Assembly (NCBI GenBank): GCA_037379345.1
Contig: CM074513.1
Coordinates: forward strand, 26,040,001-26,104,000
Length of the DNA stretch: 64,000 nt
Source of the DNA: Perna viridis
Lineage: Eukaryota
Direction of reading: 5' to 3'
Of this stretch, positions 13,860-28,042 are shown piece after piece. The notes under the pieces were generated by a model. That model saw nothing but the letters and a program-made list of their open reading frames with translations, was not told where the DNA came from and did no database searches. How positions within the stretch are numbered: the stretch's first letter is position 1; each line of letters begins with the position of its first letter. The translations under genes and the position numbers were made by a program.

Positions 13860-14660
13860 ACTTCTATTTCTGATATGTCCTTGACTTTTATGCACTGGTT
13901 TCCTAGGTTCGACCTTGTCTATACTGTCCTCTGTATTTACACTCTCTGTATCAGATTTATCCTCATGGTTCTCTTCCACGTCATATGAGTCAAGGTCAGT
14001 CTGTGGTACATTAGGATCATTCTTCTGATTTGAGATAGAATTGATCATTATTTCGTTACCAGAGGTATCCTTAACACCAGTCACATGACCATTAACAAGT
14101 ACACTGTTTCCCGTGTTTGCAGGAGCTTGCCCATTAATAGTAATTACAGAAATGTTTTTACCTTTTTGCTCTTTCTGATCTTTCTTATCAGACTTTTCAT
14201 CATCACTATCAACCCTTACTTTTATTTCCTGTTCCTCTAATTTGGAATCCATTTCAGTTTTCTGAACAATAGCAGTTTTTGGTTTATCACCAGGCTGTCC
14301 AATTTCAATTCTAGTAACACTAGATCCACTATTTTTGTCATTTGATACACTTTCCATATCTTTCTCTTCAGATTTAGGCACATCTTCTGCTTTTACATTT
14401 TTGTCATTTTCAGTTTTTTCATCAACTTTATCAACAAGATCATCAAGTTCATTTTCAATATCAGCAACATCATAGGTAGATGTTTCATTTTCCTCATCAT
14501 CTTCCTGATTGACAACATCATTAATAGTATCAAATACAACCTCCGCCACAGAAGGCTCGGTTTCTGTAGATTTTAACACTTCATCAATAAGATCTTCAAC
14601 AAAACCTTCCATGTCAGCAACAACATCCTTATTATCTGCAGGCTTGGCAGGACTTTCATT
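13860..14660 (-). CDS. SLK: SLK exon 11, acidic disordered linker (NESPAKPADNKDVVADMEGFVEDL...HIRNRS)
   Basis: ttttcag|AAT ... AGT|gtaagt; 801 nt, open, phase 0-0; overlaps ORF 13710..14612. Confidence 0.85.
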
Positions 14661-14977
14661 CTGAAAAAAAAATTATAAAATGTTTTGAAATGATAAAAAC
14701 TTAATTGTAGATTACCAACTTTGGGAGTCTTTATCACCTAGATTTTACAAGACTTAATAAAGTCCATGGTTGTAACTTTTGTTATGACCATACACTTTTC
14801 GTAGTAAATCTGTGTGGTAAAGGTAGTCAAATTATTATTTTTATTTACTGGTATTAAAAAGCATTACTGTGACCACTGAAAGCAGCTTAACAAATTTTAT
14901 TCAACCATTTTGTGTTTCCAGTGAAAATTTGACCCACATAATTTCCTTCGCAGTAATTCCAGTTTGGAAATATTAAC

Positions 14978-15146
14978 AGGATAACTTATTGGAAAGAGTG
15001 AATAACCAAATTATGATCATGAGTGCTGGAGAAAGCCTAGATTTAACGAGTGTGTGGAACTCGTTCTGCGCACGAGTTAAATCTTAATGCATTCTTGGCA
15101 CAAGTGATCATATTTTGGTTATTCACAATAACCAATTGATTATCCT
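14978..15146. mobile_element. Palindromic MITE-like element (copy 1)
   Basis: Arms GTGAATAACCAAATTATGATCA / TGATCATATTTTGGTTATTCAC; its reverse complement aligns with 61103-61259. Confidence 0.75.
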
Positions 15147-15579
15147 ATTTATTATATAATAATTCTTCCATAATATGTTGCAATTTTCAATATAAATTTT
15201 AAATTTTGTGAACGGCAGATTGATATTCCTGTTATGACATTTTGGCAAGAGAAAGTCTGTGGCTGAAATTAGAGAATTTATTTAACAGTGTGAAATACCA
15301 ATTTTTTTTTTTCTGTTACGCAGAGAATTTTCTGTAAATCACTGCTATCTACATAATAACAGGAGGTATCTGTCCAAGTACAAAAAAGCTCAAGAGAAAC
15401 TTATTTGCAATCACAGAACATCTAAATTTACAATATAGAAAAGAAAACGAAGAAGTTAATGCAAACTCTTCACTGAATACCAATCATATTCAGAATATAC
15501 TATGTTAAAGTTATCTCCCAATTCAAAAGTGGTATTGGTAATGTCATCACCTACGTATGACGATTGAGTTTTGTTTTAC

Positions 15580-15981
15580 CTGACTTGTGTCAGATTTCTC
15601 ATCACTACTCGGTCCAAGACCTTCATCAGATGACTTATCCTGCTCCTCCTTCTGAACTTTCTGTGGACTTGATTCAGGAGATTGTTTTGGAGTAACTTGA
15701 GGAGAAGCCATTGGAGAAGATTTAGGTGATGGAGCTGGAGACTTTTTAGGAGACTCTGCCTTAGATTCAGGTGTAGTAATTTTTTGAGGTTCAGGACTTG
15801 AAGCCTTCTCTGGTTCTGGTGTAGGAGCTTTCTGTGGCTCAGGAGTGGGAGCTTTTATTGGCTCGGGAGTAGGAGCTTTTGTTGGCTCAGGAGTAGGAGC
15901 TTTTGTTGGCTCGGGTGTTGGGGCTTTCGGTGGCTCAGGTGTGGAAGTTTTCTCAGGTTGAGGTTCTGGTTTTTTATCCTC
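15580..15981 (-). CDS. SLK: SLK exon 10, Pro/Thr/Ser-rich linker with KAPTPEP repeats
   Basis: aatcag|GAG ... CAG|gtaaaa; 402 nt, phase 0-0. Confidence 0.85.
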
Positions 15982-16360
15982 CTGATTAAAAAACAACTTG
16001 TTAACAGTAATAATTCATTTCTAAATTTGCATGTAAAATTGTATCAAGTAACGACACTAGTGGGCATCACTGACAGTTCCTTGCACTCAATTTATTATAC
16101 TCTTCTAAAACTGACTAACTGAACATAACCTGCATGATAGTTTGAAAAATGTTCCATCACTCATGCACTTGTTACTTGCCCTTTCAATCAATCTCTGAAC
16201 AATGTTTCAAAAAAAGAAATTGCAGTAGTATCTTTTTTTAGTATTTTATTTTTAACCATTGCTTTATAAAACATATTATTTAAGATGTTTATAGGAGTCT
16301 GCAAACGCTTTTTCACACCTTTTGTCATAAACAAAAACAATTTTTAACATTTCACCATAC

Positions 16361-16510
16361 CTGAACAGGCTCTACTTCCTTGGCTGGTGAAGGCCTCCTT
16401 TCTTTTACTACCTCTTTGTCTGGTGATGGTGCCTTCTCTTGATCTGTTTCTCCTCCTGATGTAGATATGTCATCTAAATCTATACTTCCTGACATATCAC
16501 TCATGTGACG
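16361..16510 (-). CDS. SLK: SLK exon 9 (RHMSDMSGSIDLDD...EPVQ)
   Basis: ttttgtag|CGT ... CAG|gtatgg; 150 nt, open. Confidence 0.8.
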
Positions 16511-17076
16511 CTACAAAAAAACACTTTTAGTCAGCTGGGGAAGTCATTTTTTACTTGACAACTACGCTTCTATTGTTCATGTTTGACTTAATACAGAAAT
16601 TCACTATAAACTTTTGTTTGTTCAGTTTTGAAGCCATACAAAGATCAACAAAATGTTATCTAGAGTATTTCATGTAATCCAGACATGATAGAATAACTCT
16701 ATAAGCCTTTAAAAAGGTTTGTACAATTTGTAATTATCTGATACTGAATTTGATCAGTAAAAATAATGGTCATACAAGTCAGACTGCAAAAACCAGTACA
16801 TTAACATCAACTCCAATGGTCTCTTTAGTTTACTTATGACTAGTGTACTGAAATATAGCCCTTCAAAGTTAATATCTTGGTTCTCAGAAAGTGACGGAGG
16901 CATTTCTTTTTACCAGTTAACTGTCCAAAGAGCTTTTTACATTGTTCATGGATAGAAAAAAATGATGAGGGGGGTTCTTTTTAATTTTGATTTTATTGAT
17001 ATGGATAATAAAGCACCTTTAGAAAAGACAAGAGAGGGTCTAAGAACCAAGTAATGTGAGAAATAATGTGTTATAC

Positions 17077-17199
17077 CTTCATTTCCTGAATGTCTTCTTC
17101 CTCTGTAAGATCTTCAATAACTTCAACTACTTCCGCTTTAGATTCTAACACCAAGTTCAGTATATCTTTCTTATCTGTGTAATCCTTAATAAACTTGTG
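17077..17199 (-). CDS. SLK: SLK exon 8 (HKFIKDY...LESKAEVVEVIE...)
   Basis: ttacag|CAC ... AAG|gtataa; contains the post-kinase KAEVxE motif of SLK/STK10. Confidence 0.9.
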
Positions 17200-17516
17200 C
17201 TGTAAAGTAATTAATTTGTCTATTAATCTCCACCATAAGTAGAGTAAAATATCTTATTTCAACTTTCTTGTATCTTATAACCAACTGCACAAACTTCAAA
17301 CAGGTACATATGTTAATGAGTCATCAAATCTGGTATGGTCAAAGAAAAATAATATGCAGCCAAAAATTTTATGCCTCCCCCCTAAAAAAACAAAAACTTG
17401 TGTGACATGTAACTTTTTTCAACAGTCAAATGGTTTTGGTACAAAGAAAATTCAGATAATTTTAACTTGCAACATAAAAGACTCATCTTAACAAATTAAA
17501 TTTAATCATATTTTAC

Positions 17517-17598
17517 CTGTAATAACTCTCCAGCAGTTGGTCTTGAATCAGGGTCTTTATTTAGGCACAATTTAATGAATTCATTAAAAGCTTTTGAC
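17517..17598 (-). CDS. SLK: SLK exon 7, kinase subdomain XI (SKAFNEFIKLCLNKDPDSRPTAGELLQ)
   Basis: Canonical splice sites, phases consistent with neighbouring exons. Confidence 0.92.
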
Positions 17599-17960
17599 CT
17601 GTAAAAAATATGATAGAAATTAGAGGGGAGATAATCCTGTCTGTGATTATTAAAATCTTCTAGATTTTTTGTATCTCTCCTTTTTTAACATATCAGCATA
17701 AAAGAATAGAAATATATGATGTCTGCAGAAGCAAACAGCACATTTCAATTTTAAAAATATCTGCCACTTTACCTTCACGCAGCAAAATAATACAAAATCC
17801 TATTATGTCATCAAACTTTGTGGAATCAAATTGTTTACATGAATAAATATGACAAACCTCAAGTGACAAGTTAAAGCATCTATGATTAAAAAATTATATA
17901 CGGAACAACAAAAGATTCACATGTTAATGAAAAGTTTTACTTATTTTGTCACTTAACCTA

Positions 17961-18110
<150 letters not shown>

Positions 18111-18626
18111 TTATTCAAGCAATAAATAAAATAAAAAAATACAGGACAATTCAACTTACCAGTACCCAAATTTAACCTGAAAACATCAGTAACAGTCCTT
18201 TTATAAAAATAAAAACACTTTCACATCATTAAGCAAAAATGTTTCATTCATAAATATAATTAAGTATGTAGTAGATACATTGTGTACTTAAAATAATGGC
18301 TTACTACTACAGAATATACACAGTGCTTGCCTTTATCCACTAGCCAAAAGCCTGGGGCTAGTAAAAATTGATTCAGGCTAGTGAAATGATGTGTACTTTT
18401 CTCGTTTCCAGCTAGTTGACTCCTATAAAGTCCTCTTATTCGGACTAGTTGTTGAGAATTTTGATGGAAAGGACTGTAAATGTAAGTTCTTATCACAGAT
18501 GTCTAACAAATGAATGTAAAAAGTTCCCTTTAAATGTCAATAGACAAAATGTTCTTTCTTTTCTGTTTTTACCCTCATACCATAGATATTAAAGGGATCA
18601 GAATGACTACCTCCAGTCAATTACTA

Positions 18627-18731
<105 letters not shown>

Positions 18732-18969
18732 TCAGTAAAAGTTATGTTGGATAATGTATAACATTCTTCTTTAAATGGTAAATACCAGTAGATGACCTAT
18801 GGCTGGTACAAATGTCAATACACAGATTCTTATTATGGTACACATAACTCAAAGATGTCATAGTTGTAATTGATAAAAATAATGTTTACAAAATTATTGA
18901 CATTCAAATTTTAATGCTACATTGTAACAAAATCATTATCATGTATGTTGAAGTTGTTACATGTAACTA

Positions 18970-19128
<159 letters not shown>

Positions 19129-20040
19129 TCAGTGTAAGACACACGTGTGTTTATCTTAAGATATTAAATGACCAAGGAAATGGTCATCATGAACATTAGG
19201 TATTATTGCTTGGACTATAATATTATTTTTTTACCATGCAAGATATTGTATGCTTTGAGTAAAAATGTGTACTGAATGCATATTAGTAGGTGTGTTTTCT
19301 TGATGTGTATGACAATGGACAATTATACTAATTTCAAATGATAACTAATAGTGTTAATATTACTGCATGTTTTTTGTACATGCAAATCAAAGAGTTAGGA
19401 AAAACCACCCATAAGTGAACCATGACCCTTTTTCAAATATTTTGAAAATCATCTTATATCAATAAATATATGTTCTATGTAAGACAGTACCTTGCCTCAG
19501 GAAATATGTTATGTACTATTTTAAATACATGATTTTCTGTTATTATAATCCTAAAATTTTTTCTTCCTGACAAAAATATTAACAAAATAAAAACTGCACT
19601 TGGCTAGTGCAAATTACTGAACCAAGATGGCAAGTGATACTTCACTGATTAAATCTTAATTACCATGGGCAATACAATTCTAATTATCTCAAATATTCCA
19701 AACATTTCTGCCAACCTAACACGATGTTTAGAGTGTCAAGGATCATACATAAATCAAGATGGCTAGTGAAATTTTATTTTTGGGGTTTGATATGAATGTT
19801 ATGAACCACTTGAATAAGAGAATAATTAAAATTCAAAAAAAAGCTTCACACACCTGAATCAAATACAATAAATATTTTTCCAAGCCTTTACAAAGTTGGG
19901 GTATCAGTGTTTTGATTTTCAATTTGCAATACATTATTCCCTGGGTAAAAATATTGTACACTACTATGCTGTGTCGTATTTTCTAATTATTATAAAAAGT
20001 ATGGTGAACTAAGAGAAGATGTCAGATTAGATCTATTTTA

Positions 20041-20268
<228 letters not shown>

Positions 20269-21037
20269 CTACAAAAGAAGGAAAAATAAAATTAGTTACA
20301 GCTACATACTCATACTTTAGTACATGGTAAAAAACCAAGTAGTCAAACAGTAGGGTTATATTGTCACCCAGGCCTGAAATATACCGCATCAATTCAGAAA
20401 CTGTATGGCATTCTGGGATTACTATCATTTATGATGCTCCTGATTGGTCAAGACATATTTTATGAATACACTGCAATAGGTCAAAGATGAGGATAGAAGT
20501 TCGATTTCTGTATTTGTTCATGATAAGGTACACTGAAGACAAGAGTCAAACATTGTGAGCCTGTGTCTGTCCCCTCTTACGGAGCAGGGGTATAAAATAC
20601 ATTTCAAGACATACAACTAGAAGTTGAATAGATTTTTTTTTCTTAGACTATTGCTTCAGTACTATATGTACATGTTTCTGAAACAATTAACAAATCAAAA
20701 AAAGGAAATACATACATAAGGTATCAAATACTGTAATGCATTATTGCAGTGGCTTTTAGCTTAATAAACAACTGAACTTGGCAAGTGGAATCTCAGCCCA
20801 AGGAAAGTAATATTTGTAAGGAAGTCAGTGAAATTTTTGTAGAAAAGTTATCTGAAAATGCCAATCTTTCATAAGGAAAGTAGAAAAATTCAGAATAGTT
20901 TGTAGCTTCCCATCTTTTCCAAGTCTATTTCACATTTAAGTACAATCAAAGAAAGCACCATTCCTATATCTTTTACAATTCTGACATATAAGACAAAATA
21001 TAAACACAAATCACTAACAATGACAATTTCTACGTAC

Positions 21038-21202
21038 CCACAGCTTACTGTCAAAATAAAATGCTTCATGTAAGGCCACAACATTTTTATGTTGACATTC
21101 AGTTAAAATGTTAATTTCTACAGAAAAGTCTTCTATATCTTCTTCACACTTGATTTCCACATGTTTTAAGGCAGCACATGTACTGTTTTCTTTGTGTTCA
21201 GC
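21038..21202 (-). CDS. SLK: SLK exon 2 (AALK lysine, alphaC helix)
   Basis: ttttcag|GCT ... TGG|gtacgt; 165 nt. Confidence 0.93.
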
Positions 21203-24200
21203 CTGAAAAAAAGGAGCACAGCTGAGTAACAAGAGTAATTATAACACCCATCTTAACAAACGTAAAAAAGAAACTGACAGATATCAATATAAACAGCAGG
21301 AAATACAAAGTACACTCATACATGTACATGATATCTTTATGCATAACCTTCAATTTCAAACAATATATGAGAAGTATTAGATTATTCAACTACATGTATT
21401 TTTCTTGTGAAGCAGTAAATTACTTTAATAGGAATAATGAATTTGTGAACAATAACCATGTTTAAAAAGGTAAAAAAGGAACTTAATACAAATAAAATAT
21501 GAATAAAACATAAAAACAAATAGATAAATGTGAGCCAAAATATTCAGCCTTACAGCCTTCGTCAGGGACAAACAAGTACTCAAAATAAAACTCAAAATTA
21601 CTCAAAAAGTGACAGACAGACAGGGTGAAACATATATACCCCCAAACTTCGTTTGAAAGGGGGTTAATAAAAAATTTTCATTGACATGGTTTACATTTAC
21701 ATCAAATGTTATGATGATCAATATAATTGGACTCCTGCACTTTCAACCACAGCATTCTGCTACTGACTTACAAAATAAAGATATACACATACTACAACTT
21801 TGCACCATAAGACATGACCTAAATCTACAAACTGTCTATCAAATTTTGACATGACATGCATCAAATGCATTACACTTACAACTATACATATTTCGGGTAC
21901 AAGTTAATGCATGTAACTGAAACCTACATAGTAAATAAAAACACCATATTGGCCAAACAATGGCTGAAACTTCTATCATAAATTTGTTGTTTAAATGCAA
22001 GGTCACAAACTGAACTTGGTTTATAATTATATTTGCACCCAGATCACATTTCTTCCAATGGACCACACATTTTAATCTCATCTATATATATCCTTATAGC
22101 ATACCTGTACATGTATGATACATTTGTTAAAACCTATTTACGTTTTATAACTAAAACTGAAGTCAAGATATGATAAAATATAACACTTAGTAACCTGACC
22201 CGCCCCTAAGTATCAATTTAATGTGTAATTTCAATGACCCACCCAATAGAATAGGGAAGTTTATAAAGTTAATAGGATATAGAATTAGGTACAAAGTTAC
22301 TAATAATAAACGAAAGTATCGTTTATAGAATATTCACTTCACTGACTATCAACATTGTGACAAAGTGACTCAGGAATTAAACTACTCAAAATATTACATC
22401 ATATGTTTATATACACCCAAATATATACATGTTAAGGAAAAATCTTCCTTAACTGACTCTGAATGGCCTTGTTTATATTCAGACTTGTATATAGGTAACC
22501 AAATACCAATACTTGTATCAAAATGTCAGGCCAAAAATGTTTGAAGTACACTTTCTTTATCCTCAAACACTGCACTGTCTGCAAAAACCATATATAATCC
22601 ATAAAGGATTAAGCAATTTTCTTGCATTTGAAAGTAATTGTGAGTCATTTACCTACTATATACATTGTATTGTATTGTATTATTAGAATTAATCATGTAA
22701 TATTTCTACTTGCATTAACAAATTGGTTGCCAAGGCAATCTTGCCTTATGCAAAAAGAATTCAAATTTATCTAGGACCATGAATAATATTTTAAAAGGTA
22801 AAATGTTTGTTCAAGTGCATGTCATATATTAGATTCGTCATAGACTGCATGATAGGGCACTGGTTGGGGAAAAGTGAACCTGTAAATTATACAATTTATA
22901 TAAACATGACACATTAAACTTACATTAGACTTTCACATTTAGTTATACTCCAATATTGGGTAGAATCCATTCACATTTTAATAACATATGAAAGAATACA
23001 GATCCAGATTTTCTGGGTTCGTGGCCTTTATTTGTAAATTTTATTCCCTAAAAAATTCATGAAATTAACCAAATTTTCAAAAAAGGTTTTTTTTAAATGC
23101 TCGAACACCCCTAAATCTGCCAATGACTTGTATTTCCCTCTCCATTTAATTAGAAGACAATAATTTACAAATACAAGACATATTGTACAACTACATACAT
23201 GTACATGTATGCATAGACATCTTTCAAGTACTTTACAATTTGATAATCTTGATTTAACTTCCTACTAGTATATATTTTCTTATTTTTTATACCTGCACTT
23301 TAGGTCAAAACAAACAACATGATTTGACAATCTACTTCACTAGTGCAAGTTCAAGCAATAAATAATCGCTTGTACATATGTGAACATTATAAACAATTAA
23401 TTATCATAATTAGATATCTGTAGGGGGTAATGTCATATACACAGAAACCTTTTCTTTTCTTAGCTTGACCTAAACTTGTTTTCATTTTTAATATTTACAC
23501 TTCGAAGGTATTTACCTTTAAAAAATGTTTAAGTTGTCTCACTTTCATGCTTATACCAGATGCTGAATGTGGGTAAACCTTAGGTGATCAGATTAAATTA
23601 CACGTTTTTCAACAAAGGATGAATGAAAACAATGAAGTGTTAATCCTTATACACAGAAACTGGATTAAATCTGTAGTATTTACATGAACATAACATTTAC
23701 AACAACAGGTTGGAATTAAGATGAATTAGTTGTAATAATATATCCTGTAAAATTCGTAACCTACATGTACATGAAGTTATTGTACATGTGTAACAAAATT
23801 ACAGCATTTAAAGTTTAAACTCTTCTCATGATAAAATACATGTTATGTAAAGGATTTACAATATTGAAATGAATTCTTGGAACTGTTCTGAGACAAAACT
23901 ACAACATAGATACATTGTTTTTTTAAATTTATAGTAATAAACTATCGCTAATCATATCCATTGAATAGTAATTGAGTTAACCTTTAAAAGAAAAATACAT
24001 GTATGTATTGAACCCAACATGTATGTGGTAGCACAAAGTAACAAAATGGCATCAAAGACACTACAAACATGAGAGACTTGGAAGAGGGGTGCACAATGCA
24101 GTGTTCTAGCTAGGATCTGAAAACAGAGAGGCACAATAGGAGGGTACTTAAGAACATTATTTCATAAACATATTGCAGTCCCTAATGGACACAGGGTCAC

Positions 24201-26342
24201 TCATAGGTAGCAGAGTGGCAGGAGTCTTTGAGGCCTGACCAAGGCACTTCTTTATTTCTCTCTAGTGAGGACATTGATAGATGATCTTGACTATTTTTAA
24301 ACATATGATATCCAAAGGGTTTGACACCAACACTTCCCTTCTAACCCAAATCTAGCAAGCTTCAGGAACAGCTAGTAACAGCTTTATAGATGTTTTCCAT
24401 TATCAATTACTCAAACCACAAATATCCTAATACATATTTCATGTATTATACCAGTACATACAATATTACATTTACATGTACATGTAATGATGTTGTAAAA
24501 ATAGGTCAATTAATTATCAACTTCCTATCAATATTTCTGTTGTGTCTATATTATAGCATTTTTTTCAACAAAATTATCTTTACCCTAGAAATGCTTTGTA
24601 CATGAGATGAAAAGCTATATACATTGGATAACCAAACAAGAACATACTCCTTTAGGTCAACCACAAACTAAAGTACAAAATACAAAAATTAGAATATTTC
24701 AGCCTACATACAACTTATTTTATCCACCAACAATACAATTTATTGTACTTGATGAAAGGAGGGTACAGGTAAAGCAATATAAAGACTGAAATCAACACCC
24801 AACACAGGAAGATATCATGAATGAAAACATTGATAGAATACACACCTAGAGATAATTAAACTTCCTTAATCTACCTGTATATTTGAACCAGTGGTAATTT
24901 CACACTTAACTGCTACAATGAACCCTAATAGAGAAAGTAGCACAGTAACCTACACTTACAATGAATTTACTCAGTCATATAAAAAATGTAGAACAATACA
25001 GACATTTCACTCATTATAAGACTTAGATCAGTGCAAAGAAAACAAAACATTCAAAAAATTGAAATGGTTGAAATTGAATATACACATGTACTGTAGTAAC
25101 TAGTTAGATCATGATGAGCTCCTTTTAAAGAGATAGAGGATGCATTATCATGTCACAAAAAGACAAAGATCTTAAGGATGAAGAGGAATAGAAATTTAAC
25201 ACTACGGCCTAGATCTTTGACCATGAAATTTCCTTATGACTTACCATATAAATGTACACAAAATCATGAACATGTACCACTTCTGATCAAAATTCATTGA
25301 AAAGATAATGACAGAGGGTTAGAGATATAGAATTAATTTTTACAACTTCCTTAGCAAAGGAATAAAAATATTAAAAGTAGCTTAATATCTTCAAAATCTA
25401 CACATGTATTTCAGATGCTGAAACTACTAACCCAAATGATAGCTGTCAGAATATGTCATGCATTTTGTGAAATCTTATTTAGAAACACATCTTGCTTTGT
25501 GTTTTTATGTTCGATTTGGTATTAAATTACCATATTGTTTCTTAAATTGCTATACATTGTACAATGTAAGTCTGAATGTACATATGTACATGTATCCTTA
25601 AAGTTTCTATGTGAGTCTCGTAATACAGTATATTGTTCCTATGTAAAATAGTATTGAAATCAAGATATGATCTTAGGAATACATATACATACATATACAC
25701 GTATATCCAGTGTTCAAGGATTTTTTTCAAAATTTCAGGTTTCACGGAAAATTTCTAAATAAAGATTAACTTTCCAATACTTGAAGTTAGCTTTCCAAAC
25801 TTAACAAACCCTTTAAAATTTCAAGCTTTCTACCTGCCAAAGGGAAAGTGGGGCATAACTATCAATTTTCCTACATCAAAATTGCACTTGCCATGAGTGA
25901 CCGGAAAGTGGAATCCATGAACACTGATATCTCAAGGTTTTTTGTATGGACATGCACCCTGCTGAATTTAAGAAGTAAAAATGCTTTATCCATGAAACAT
26001 TTTACATATTTTAACCTTTTGCCTGCCCATGTTCCATTTCTCTACCGCATGTACATGTACATAGCACATTTGTTTACTGGGCATGAATTAAAATTATTAA
26101 CTTTGAAATCAATCATTAAACTATGGCAAAAACTTTATATTCCCATTTTCGGTATGATGTCACACTTTCAATTAGATTGATTAAAGGAGTTTTAGTTGAC
26201 TGTAAGCCATACAGAGCTACCAAGTCTATCTACAAGACGGGAAATTCCTTATTTTTCAATTGTAAATAACTCTGTTTAAAGAAATTGTCTGTTCAAAAGA
26301 TCGTTTTATAGATTTTTTTTTATATAAATAACGAAAATAGCA

Positions 26343-26416
26343 GCAACAGATTTTGAATTAGCTTTTGGGGCTCTACATCTGCAACAGATTTTGAATTAGC
26401 TTATGGGGCTCTACAT
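26343..26416. repeat. 38-bp tandem duplication
   Basis: GCAACAGATTTTGAATTAGCTT(T/A)TGGGGCTCTACAT occurs twice. Confidence 0.85.
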
Positions 26417-27222
26417 AACTTAAACAAAGGCACCTGTGAAGCATCACCTCTCTGCATCTCCAAGATACTAAACTTAAAGTACATGTACCTAGATGTTTGG
26501 AAACACTAATATATACAAAGTACATGTATTGTTCAAATTTCGGGTTATACTTAAAGGTTTCCCTAGACCAATTTAGCATCACGTAGCACCATGCTGCCCT
26601 CATCATGAATTTTACAACATGCCCCCAGTTGGCCAAACCCTGCTTTCAATTTTTAGAATAATTTTATTATTTTTCACCTGATTTGTAATGCTGTGGTGTC
26701 AACACCCATTTGTGACACTTTTATAACATAACACTAGTGTGAAGGCTGTTTATTTCTGGCTTGAAATTGATTTGTCCTCATGTTTAGATGGGGTGCCCTC
26801 AAAATACATACATTATAATGCCTTCACAAATTTGTGGAGAAAAACACTACTTCTGATCAGCTTGATAAAGAAGTTAACATTTGGAATACAATTTCTAAGA
26901 TATGCTTTATTTGAAGTACATGTACATGCTATCCACTTGATTTGTTAAGGGAGTTATTTTTCTCAGGTATAATTCAGCCTTGCTAGTTGAGTATCCTGAT
27001 TGGCCTGAATAGGCTGAAATCTTAGCTATTGCTACTGGATGCTTGTTGGTTTACTCTACTTTTTATTGGTCAGATTGATCGGAGTGAACATTAATCACTG
27101 GCAGGTTCCTGGGACATGCCTATTTTCATTGCAATTAATGCAAATGCAGCATAACTGATTTCCAATGGAAAGGGCAGAACACCTGTCAATGCTTTTTCAT
27201 CATTTCACCTTCTCGTTCTTAC

Positions 27223-27390
27223 CTTATATACTTTCCCAAATGCACCATCGCCAATTTCGGATAAAATCTCCCAAAGATTCTTAGGATCAATGTCTCTTTT
27301 GATATTTTTATACAGTTCTTTTTTCTTGGATTTGAGATCATCCTCTCCGCCGAAACGGAACAACTTTCGGAAGCTGTTAAAAAATGACAT
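27223..27390 (-). CDS. SLK: SLK (STE20-like kinase, SLK/STK10 family) first coding exon
   Basis: MSFFNSFRKLFRFG...WEILSEIGDGAFGKVYK|gtaag. The MSFFNFRKIF-like N-terminus and GDGAFGKVYK P-loop are typical of SLK. Confidence 0.95.
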
Positions 27391-27568
27391 TTTTGGTGCT
27401 CTGACACACTATGTAGGGCAACAAACTACATCTTTCGGATGCAATAGAATTGCTTTGGTATGCTTTGACCTAAATACCATTACATATTAGCAGTAAGTAT
27501 GTGAGAAACACTTCAATATTTAAGATAAACTTCTTCTGCAGCGGTAAGTCGACATATTTATATTTTTC

Positions 27569-27608
27569 ACGCATGCGCTGTTGTGTCTGACATCATATTA
27601 CTTCCTGT
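27569..27608. promoter_or_regulatory. Putative SLK proximal promoter motifs (NRF1-like ACGCATGCGC, ETS ACTTCCTG)
   Basis: Motifs lie about 180-220 bp upstream of the ATG, where CpG becomes frequent. Confidence 0.35.
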
Positions 27609-27687
27609 CTCGCTTCCTTGTAATGGTTATCTCCCTTTCATCAATGCTTATGAATATTGTCATCGCTATTCGTGAAAATATAAATGC

Positions 27688-27906
27688 CAGGCGCGTAGCT
27701 GCCGTTAGGCAAAAAAGCTCTTGCCTGCACTTAATTTTGCCATTCTTTTTAGATAAAATACATCCTGGAGAGGCATAAATGATGCTCTAAACGCTATCTC
27801 CGCGGAGCTTCGGGGTGGGGTGGGGTGGGGGGGCTTCGCCCCCTGGACCTGCTGGGGGCCTTAAGCCCAGACACCCTGCCGTAATTTTGCCTCAGCTACG
27901 CGCCTG
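27688..27906. mobile_element. GC-rich MITE with 14-bp terminal inverted repeats (hAT-like termini)
   Basis: CAGGCGCGTAGCTG ... CAGCTACGCGCCTG; no clear target-site duplication. Confidence 0.75.
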
Positions 27907-28042
27907 AATTCTATATAAAAAATCTTTGGTGAATGTCAAATCTTAACAAGTTTTCAAACTCAGCACACTTCTTTTATCATTTTTATTCTTAATGTTTGGT
28001 TAAATCTTTTTTCATGTAAACTGCATTGTTAGTAACACGTCG

